Under the pieces are notes generated by a model that had not been told where the DNA came from, ran no database searches, and was given only the letters and a program-made list of their open reading frames with translations. The position numbers and the translations under genes are program-made. A stretch of DNA of 64,000 bases. Origin: an uncultured bacterium. Its GTDB lineage: Bacteria > Cyanobacteriota > Vampirovibrionia > Gastranaerophilales > Gastranaerophilaceae. This document shows positions 60,163 through 64,000 of the stretch, piece by piece. Numbering within the stretch: the first letter of the stretch is position 1; each line of letters begins with the position of its first letter. Location: assembly GCA_902779645.1 (NCBI GenBank), contig CACZCH010000011.1, positions 7,587 to 71,586 on the forward strand. Direction: 5' to 3'.

Positions 60163-60504
60163 ATGGATATTTTGGATAGGTTAGCAAGGTCAAATTTTAG
60201 GAGTAGGTTTAAGCTACGTACTAAAGAAATTGAATATATAAAGGATAAAGGTATAGAGAAGATAGAATCTCATGCAAGAGATTTTATCAGAGATAGAATT
60301 GCTCCTGCGGAACCAGTTAATGATGGAAAGCAAACTCCAATGCGAGGACACCCTGTATTTATCGCTCAACACGCAACTGCAACATGTTGTCGTGGGTGTA
60401 TAGAAAAATGGCACAAGTTTCCTAAAGGGAAACAACTTTCTGAAGAACAACAAGAATATCTTGTGAATGTAATTATGGAGTGGATAAGCAAACAAATGAT
60501 TTAA
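60163..60504 (+). CDS. DUF4186 family protein
   Basis: L..S.FRSRF.L, NDGKQTPMRGHPVFIAQHATATCCRGC. Confidence 0.9.
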   Translation: MDILDRLARSNFRSRFKLRTKEIEYIKDKGIEKIESHARDFIRDRIAPAEPVNDGKQTPMRGHPVFIAQHATATCCRGCIEKWHKFPKGKQLSEEQQEYLVNVIMEWISKQMI

Positions 60505-60510
60505 AGATTT

Positions 60511-60690
60511 TTATTACTTTATTACTTTTTATTACTAAATTATTACTTCTTGAAAATAAGTAAATACAGATATTTTAGATATATTTATCTTAAAAAGTAA
60601 TTTTATAATATTTAAATACTTAAAATATGTTTTTTAAGTAAAAAAAATAAATGATTAAATAGTAGGATTACAAAATTACCAAAAATATAA
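60511..60690. repeat. AT-rich region with TATTACT direct repeats and opposed AAGTAA copies; candidate replication origin
   Basis: TATTACT at ~60512, 60520, 60530, 60541; AAGTAA at ~60558, 60595, 60636; lies downstream of the helicase gene. Confidence 0.45.
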
Positions 60691-60691
60691 A

Positions 60692-60729
60692 ACCACCTCT
60701 GAAGTAGTAATAATGACAATAGAGGTGGT
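60692..60729 (-). terminator. Hairpin, probable terminator of the replication operon
   Basis: ACCACCTCT ... AGAGGTGGT 9-bp stem followed by a T-rich run on the minus strand. Confidence 0.5.
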
Positions 60730-60755
60730 AATATAGGTATAATTAAGGTTTACAC

Positions 60756-62648
60756 TTAAAAAGGATTGTTAGGATCAATTTCCTTTTTAGGTGGTTCTTC
60801 CTCCGTTAAATCAGAATATTCACTTAATCCAGTAACATTAAAGCATATAGAATAGGCTTTTTTTCCACAGTAATCTACTGCTTTATAATCTCTGTTTCGA
60901 GGATGATTTTTGGCATAACGAGTAAACTGGTCATCATCAATCTGTTTTGACCTATCGTAAGCCAAGTATTTGTTAATGATTGAGAGCACAACTCCCTTTT
61001 TGAAACAGACCCAAGTTTCTCCTAAAAATTCCGATTTTGTCTGAGTTTGAATTTTGAAATGTTCTCCTTCTACTATCTGACCGACATCAGATAAAGTTTG
61101 GATTAAAATCAACACTCTGTCTACAACATTTTTGGTTTCAGAATACTCATCTCCTTGTTTCTGAACATATTTAACAAATTGCTCTTGCAAGCCCTCAACA
61201 TTCATACCTGCAATTTTCAACAACAATAGAGTCCCCGTATAAGCATATGCCAAATTGTTTATGATTCTGCCCTCTTTGAGTGTTGTTCTATCTTTGATTA
61301 GCGTAGTTATCTCATTGTAAATTTTCAGAACTTCATCAAATGGAATTTTCAACAATTCGGGTAAAATTAAAGACAATTCCTTTAACTTCTGGCCGCTGCT
61401 TACGTGGTATTTGAACTTTTCCGCAACAAAGCTCTTACCAAAGATTTGAACAACATTAAGCCTATTAAGAACTTCCTGAAGGTTGGGGAGGCTTTCATTT
61501 GTTGAATATATAACAGGCGAACAGGTCTGAATATATTCAATGGCTTTTCTGTATGCTTTCATTACAGTTCTCGGGCTTGCAGAATACAACTCTTTGGCAA
61601 GAGAAGTAAAATTACTTGCCGTAAGCGTTGTACCTTTCACATCATCAACGCAGATAGCAACACCATTGTAATTAGCACTTAGATATTCATTGCTTTTGGC
61701 TGTAGAGCCGCCTGATATCAAAAAGTTTTCAGAAAAACCAAAAAAGGATATTCCTAAATACTGCAAAGTAGATTTACCCGAAGCAGTATTACCATATATT
61801 ATCATAGTAGGTACCCCGATTTTCTTTGCAAATTTTTCAAAGAAAATCGACATTATCATATGTCCTAAAGTAAACAACGGCAACAGTATGTTCTGATTCC
61901 AACATTCCATGAGATTCTCAATTAACTCATGTGCAACTTCTTGTCCTGATTTTTCGCTCTTTAAAAGCATAGGAACGCATTTATTGCTTTCAGCAAGCTT
62001 AATAAACTTTCCTGATTCAACTTCAATATACCCTTCAGAATTTGTCCAAACTACACCCAAAGGCGTAGCAAGGGCATTCCCGTATAAGAAAGTTCCCTCC
62101 GCAATAATACCTGCATTTTCGTATATTGTTACTTTTGAAGTTACTTTTTGTGCAATCATTTCAGAGAAAAAACATTTGAACACATCGTCTTTCATATTAA
62201 TAAAAAATTCATGACAACTGTTACTAATCGATTCCTGAAACTTCTTTGCATCCGATTTTGATATTCCTGCAACCTTGATATTGCTCTCTATTTTATTTTG
62301 AGCATTCTGCAAAGTTAGCAGGTAATACTTTATCGGCTGCATATTGCTTTTGTTATTGAATACATGAGTGCATTCCTTGACTTCTTTAACAAAAAAATCT
62401 GCAACCACGGATACTTTTATCTTCTCTTTCAATACACTAATCATATATGTTTGGTTATGTGCACAAAAGAAAAATTTTTTTCTATAAGGCATTTGATATT
62501 CTTCGGCTGAAAAAGAAATATCCATAGAGTCCATCAAAGTGAGATTATTTATGCGATTGCTAAAAGTCTCTAATACTTCACTAATATCCTTTTTCCCAAG
62601 GTCAGTAGGTGATTTAACCATTGGTATTAATTTATCTTCTTCCATCAC
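60756..62648 (-). CDS. Superfamily 3 helicase / DUF927-like replication protein
   Basis: Walker A GNTASGKST, Walker B ICVDD, motif C STN; coupled to Prim-Pol. Confidence 0.75.
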   Translation of the reverse strand: MMEEDKLIPMVKSPTDLGKKDISEVLETFSNRINNLTLMDSMDISFSAEEYQMPYRKKFFFCAHNQTYMISVLKEKIKVSVVADFFVKEVKECTHVFNNKSNMQPIKYYLLTLQNAQNKIESNIKVAGISKSDAKKFQESISNSCHEFFINMKDDVFKCFFSEMIAQKVTSKVTIYENAGIIAEGTFLYGNALATPLGVVWTNSEGYIEVESGKFIKLAESNKCVPMLLKSEKSGQEVAHELIENLMECWNQNILLPLFTLGHMIMSIFFEKFAKKIGVPTMIIYGNTASGKSTLQYLGISFFGFSENFLISGGSTAKSNEYLSANYNGVAICVDDVKGTTLTASNFTSLAKELYSASPRTVMKAYRKAIEYIQTCSPVIYSTNESLPNLQEVLNRLNVVQIFGKSFVAEKFKYHVSSGQKLKELSLILPELLKIPFDEVLKIYNEITTLIKDRTTLKEGRIINNLAYAYTGTLLLLKIAGMNVEGLQEQFVKYVQKQGDEYSETKNVVDRVLILIQTLSDVGQIVEGEHFKIQTQTKSEFLGETWVCFKKGVVLSIINKYLAYDRSKQIDDDQFTRYAKNHPRNRDYKAVDYCGKKAYSICFNVTGLSEYSDLTEEEPPKKEIDPNNPF

Positions 62649-63509
62649 CTATTTTCCTCCTTTCATAAATTGACATTTACAACATATATGAGGAAAACAT
62701 CCTGATATAAAGGTACAACTATGTCCTCGTCCGAATTTCCTTGCATTATCAATTTTCTTTTGTGTTTCCAGAAAACTATATTTCTCATATGGTTGTGAAA
62801 GCTCATGAATCAACTCATCTGAATCCTCAATAGTTGCCAAAACTGATACCATTGAAAACCACTCTGGTTCGCTTAACGTTACCGCATTATCTCTACAATG
62901 AGCAAGAAATGCACAGTTTTTAAACATAGCATTAATGTTGATATTTTTATATTTTTTAGGTGGTGCAGAAAAGCATTCATTTTTATATTTTGCCTGTCTG
63001 TTATACAAACCTTTATTTATATAATTGACCCAAGGTTCGGGCAATTCAGCAATTACAAAGTTTCCATTGTTATTTATACCATTAATAATTTCATATCGCC
63101 TGCCGTTTATAATGGATGGTGCAAACATTATGTAAGCGTTATAACGGATGTCAACATTTTTCGTTAATTTTCCCTTGGGTTCAATAATACCTTTATCGGA
63201 AAAAATTAAGTGATAGCCATTTCCTGTTGCTGACGATTGAGTCAATGTATCAGGCAACGGGCAATTTAACTCTTCTTGTAATGCCAATAATTCTTCTGCT
63301 GCTTTGGAATCAGGATTGTGATAATCAAGATCAAATGCAATCACGCCTGATTTTGCACAACCAACTGCAATGTTGTAGCCTTTCTTAATTAATCCTTCTA
63401 CATCTACATTGAAACGAGCATCATTCAACCCGTGCTTTGTTGCAGGAATTTTAGAATTACTAACACAAGCAACAACAGCAAAGTTTTTTAAATTTTTATA
63501 TAAATCCAT
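62649..63509 (-). CDS. Bifunctional DNA primase/polymerase (Prim-Pol) with Cys-rich C-terminal domain
   Basis: K.P...HG..DA, YNIAV, AFDLDYH, GNGYHLIF, VDIR.....M.APS..NG..Y; C-terminal CAFL.HC...EPEW...C...C. Confidence 0.88.
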   Translation of the reverse strand: MDLYKNLKNFAVVACVSNSKIPATKHGLNDARFNVDVEGLIKKGYNIAVGCAKSGVIAFDLDYHNPDSKAAEELLALQEELNCPLPDTLTQSSATGNGYHLIFSDKGIIEPKGKLTKNVDIRYNAYIMFAPSIINGRRYEIINGINNNGNFVIAELPEPWVNYINKGLYNRQAKYKNECFSAPPKKYKNININAMFKNCAFLAHCRDNAVTLSEPEWFSMVSVLATIEDSDELIHELSQPYEKYSFLETQKKIDNARKFGRGHSCTFISGCFPHICCKCQFMKGGK

Positions 63510-63782
63510 TTTTTGTCTCCTTTCTCTTTAAACGGATTTGTCTACAATCTTTACTAAAAACAAAAAAACAAGCCCTAAAGCTTTGTTTTGACTGTTTTAG
63601 AACTTGTTTTTTCTATTATTATCTTTTATATACTTGTTTTTTTGCGTGTTGTTTACTTGTTAGAACTCGTTAGAACTTGATTTTCAACAGCTTATTCTGA
63701 CTTAATGCTTGATTTTGTTTTAATTTGACCCTAATCACTCATGTCTACCACCCCCCTTGATTTATTTCCCTTATATTTCTAT

Positions 63783-63936
63783 TATACTTTAGTTTTTCTT
63801 TGAACTTAATTTTTAAACTAAAGTTTAAGAGATTCATGCTCTACTTTTATTATACTTTAGTTTCACCGAATCGAAAAAAGCGATTGACTTTTTATAACTG
63901 CGCGATACACTTGAGTCGCTAAAACTCAAGTATATC
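63783..63936. promoter_or_regulatory. Divergent control region with TATACTT(G/T)AGTTT motifs and a 13-bp inverted-repeat operator
   Basis: GATACACTTGAGT-cgctaaa-ACTCAAGTATATC at 63904-63936 overlaps + strand TTGACT-16-TACACT; SD GAGGTGG at ~63990. Confidence 0.65.
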
Positions 63937-64000
63937 AACAAAAAAGGCCAATGAAATTTTATGTCAGTTTATTACATAAAAAAATCTAAGAGGTGGTATT

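Larger units (their letters stand above)
34146..64000. mobile_element. Integrative genomic island (tRNA-anchored, Prim-Pol/SF3 helicase replicon, defence cargo); right end outside the window
   Basis: Abrupt switch from core genes to R-M, resolvase and primase genes right after the disrupted tRNA. Confidence 0.8.

Noticed and set aside
641-63167. Many short opposite-strand or nested ORFs in the track (e.g. 641-862, 2402-2653, 15096-15479, 19932-20564, 33012-33572, 35243-35617, 47427-47720)
   Set aside because: They are shadows of longer well-supported genes, with no SD or recognisable motifs.

Overview
AT-rich bacterial chromosome segment, most likely from a Melainabacteria/Vampirovibrionia (Gastranaerophilales-like) genome. 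That assignment is inferred from the orphan-gene style and gene content, not from a marker gene. The left half (1-34 kb) is core-like: the recJ 3' end, orphan genes, an ABC solute-binding protein, an SF1 helicase with a Vsr-like tail, surface-glycan genes, a frameshifted metallophosphoesterase, an RND-MFP-TolC efflux system, queD, uppP and a methionine cluster (metH without its reactivation domain, yitJ, metG, hom). Several REP-like palindromes occur here, one inside a coding frame. At 34146 a tRNA-Lys(CTT) with an intact 5' half and a degenerate 3' half marks the left edge of an integrative island that runs past the window end. The island carries a type I R-M operon with six genes embedded between hsdM, hsdS and hsdR (AbiTii-like, FRG, HEPN-like, PD-(D/E)xK-like and two unknowns). 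It also has an HTH-only regulator, a serine resolvase, a ~2000-aa toxin-like protein, two ATPases, a flavin reductase fusion, DUF4186, and a Prim-Pol + SF3 helicase replication module. A recurrent TATACTT(G/T)AGTTTT motif sits at three island promoter regions. No CRISPR array, rRNA or integrase is visible in the window.
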